NCBI GenBank assembly: GCA_964016885.1
Contig: OZ024740.1
Coordinates: forward strand, 32,054,001-32,118,000
Reading direction: 5' to 3'
DNA from: Eledone cirrhosa
Lineage: Eukaryota
DNA length: 64,000 nucleotides
In this document: piece by piece, positions 62,157 through 64,000 of the stretch
Numbering within the stretch: the stretch's first letter is position 1
How the letters are laid out: each line of letters begins with the position of its first letter
Program-made: the position numbers and the translations under genes
The notes under the pieces: model-generated
What the model was told of the DNA's origin: nothing
Seen by the model: the letters and a program-made list of their open reading frames with translations, nothing else
Database searches by the model: none

Positions 62157-64000
62157 CATCATCATCATCATTTTACATCCGCTTTTCCCTGCTTGCAAGG
62201 GTGGGATGGGTCTTATTCAGCACAGCATATCTCCACTTGTCACGGTCCTTTCTCATGTCCACCGTAAGCTTCAGCGATCTGAGGTCTGTTCTCACCACCT
62301 CCGCCCATGTTTTTCGTGGTCTTCCTCTACCACGTCTTCCTTCAACTGGCATTTCCTGGCACTTCTTCCTCCATCGGTCATCCTCCATGTGCATCGCATG
62401 TCAATACCACCGGAGTCTCCTCTCTCGCACACTACATTCTATCCCTCTCAGACACAGTTTCTCTCTCAGCACATCCATGCTGGGTCGTTCACGCACCTTG
62501 ACATTGCACATCCAATGGAGCATGCTTGCCTCATTTCTCTCCAGCCGTCGCATATCCTCTGCAGTTGCTGCCCAAGTCTCACTACCATGCAGCATCGCGC
62601 TCCTCACACAGGCATCATATAATCGGCCTTTCGTACGCAGGGGGAAACCCTTCTTCGTCAACAGAGGAAGCAGCTCCCTAAACTTCTTCCAACCCGTCCT
62701 TATTCTAGATACTATGGCCTCGGGATACCTCCTCCCATGCTAATCTGATCTCCTAGGTACCGGAAGCTATCAACCACTTCTATAGCACCCGCCTGCATTT
62801 GAAAAATGTGTCTATCAATGCGACTTCTACTGTCAAATTTCCCTGTACATCTACTGCATACGTATTTCTCCCAACCTGTTAGTTTGCCTGCTATCCCACT
62901 ACATCTCTTGTGTACCCAGAATCTGCATTGTGTGCATTTTATAGAATTTATGCCAGTTCCTTTTCTGCATATCGACATGGACATTTCCCTGACGGAATCA
63001 GAGTTTTGTCCTCTTTTGTCTTAGCTAGGTTCACTCTCAGTCCTCTTGCTTCCAACTGTTGTTTCCGTAGCCAGAATTTATTCTCTCGCTCCTCTACTGA
63101 TTCTGCTATAAGAACTAGATCGCCAGCATAGAGAAGTTCCCATGGACAGCCAGTCTTAAACTCCTCTGTTTTGGCTTGGAGGACTATAATGAACAAGAGC
63201 GGGTTGAGGACCGAACCTTGATGTACTCCTACTTGTATCTGGAATTCCTCACTAAACTCCATTCCTACCCTGACTTTACTGACAGCACCTCTATACAAAG
63301 TTTGCACTCTCCTCACAAGCCATTCCTCAACACCTAGTTTCCTTAGGGACCACCAGATGACAGATCAGGGTACCCTATCAAAGCCTTCTCTAGGTCAACA
63401 AAAGCTAAGTATATTGGCTTATTCTTCTCTAAGAACCTCTCTTGTAATTGTCTCACCAAGAAGAGGGCATCTGTTGTACTTTTCCCAGGCACAAAACCAA
63501 ACTGCATCTCATCTAGTTTGACCCTTTCTCTAATTAGTTGTGCTAATATCCTTTCTGCCACTTTCATAACCTGATCCCTCAGTTTTATACCCCTATAATT
63601 GCTCCTCTCCAGAGCATCCCCTTTACCTTTGTAGCAATTTTTGAGAATATTGCTGCACCAGTCTTTGGGTATGACACCACCATATATAGCCTGATTGATG
63701 ATGTGTGCAACCAGTTTAGTGCCTACATCCCCTGATGCCTTCAGCATCTCAGCAACTATCCCTGACGGTCCAGCGGCCTTACCATTCTTCATTTCCTTAA
63801 TCACCTCTTGGACCCTATATTCATCAATCTCAAAAGCTGGTACCTCTGTCGGATCTACTCTCTCTCCCATTCGTTCTCCACATTCATCAGTCTCTCATAA
63901 TGACATTTCCAGGCCTCCTTTTTCTGATCATTCGTGACACTAAGTACACCGGCATCATTCCAGACACATTTATCTCCAACAACATCCTGATTTGCATTGA
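62157..64000 (-). mobile_element. RTE LINE subfamily B, degenerate, continues beyond the window
   Basis: Minus ORFs KNGKAAGPSGI...QFGF...FVDLEKA, QGSVLNPLLF...LYAGD, ICRKG...WVHKRC, GSETWA, GRPRKTW. Frameshifts. (CAT)n tail next to (TA)n. Confidence 0.95.

Noticed and set aside
53716-62743. Plus-strand ORFs such as 53798-54337, 58736-59272, 62060-62743 and the YIYI/CVCV ORFs at 59719-60276
   Set aside because: Antisense shadows of RTE coding sequence or translations of microsatellites.

Overview
Eukaryotic (animal) genomic DNA. The repeat repertoire (RTE LINEs with (ATG)n tails, CORE-like tRNA SINEs, TTAA MITEs, dense (TA)n) suggests an octopus/cephalopod, but that is inference. Bases 1-46822 are one uninterrupted, very homogeneous 36-bp satellite (about 1300 monomers, continuing past the left edge). 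It has two polymorphic sites, two compositional domains and nested higher-order duplications (648 bp, 1.7, 4.2 and 5.6 kb). Its giant minus-strand ORFs are artefacts of the monomer sequence, and it is not a CRISPR array. Bases 46823-64000 are densely nested transposon remnants: a piggyBac-type MITE, a hAT MITE containing a 55-bp minisatellite, three RTE subfamilies (one fragment with an intact RT plus PHD-finger frame), SINEs, a pogo-like end and a Penelope-type hammerhead relic. The only likely host-gene feature is a 56-bp signal-peptide exon at 61089-61144 (+). The most unusual recurrent signal is inverted architecture centred on (TA)n: two head-to-head pairs of same-subfamily RTE fragments and two perfect palindromes. 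Satellites apparently arising inside MITEs and a SINE with two stacked LINE tails are also notable. All alignments were done by eye.
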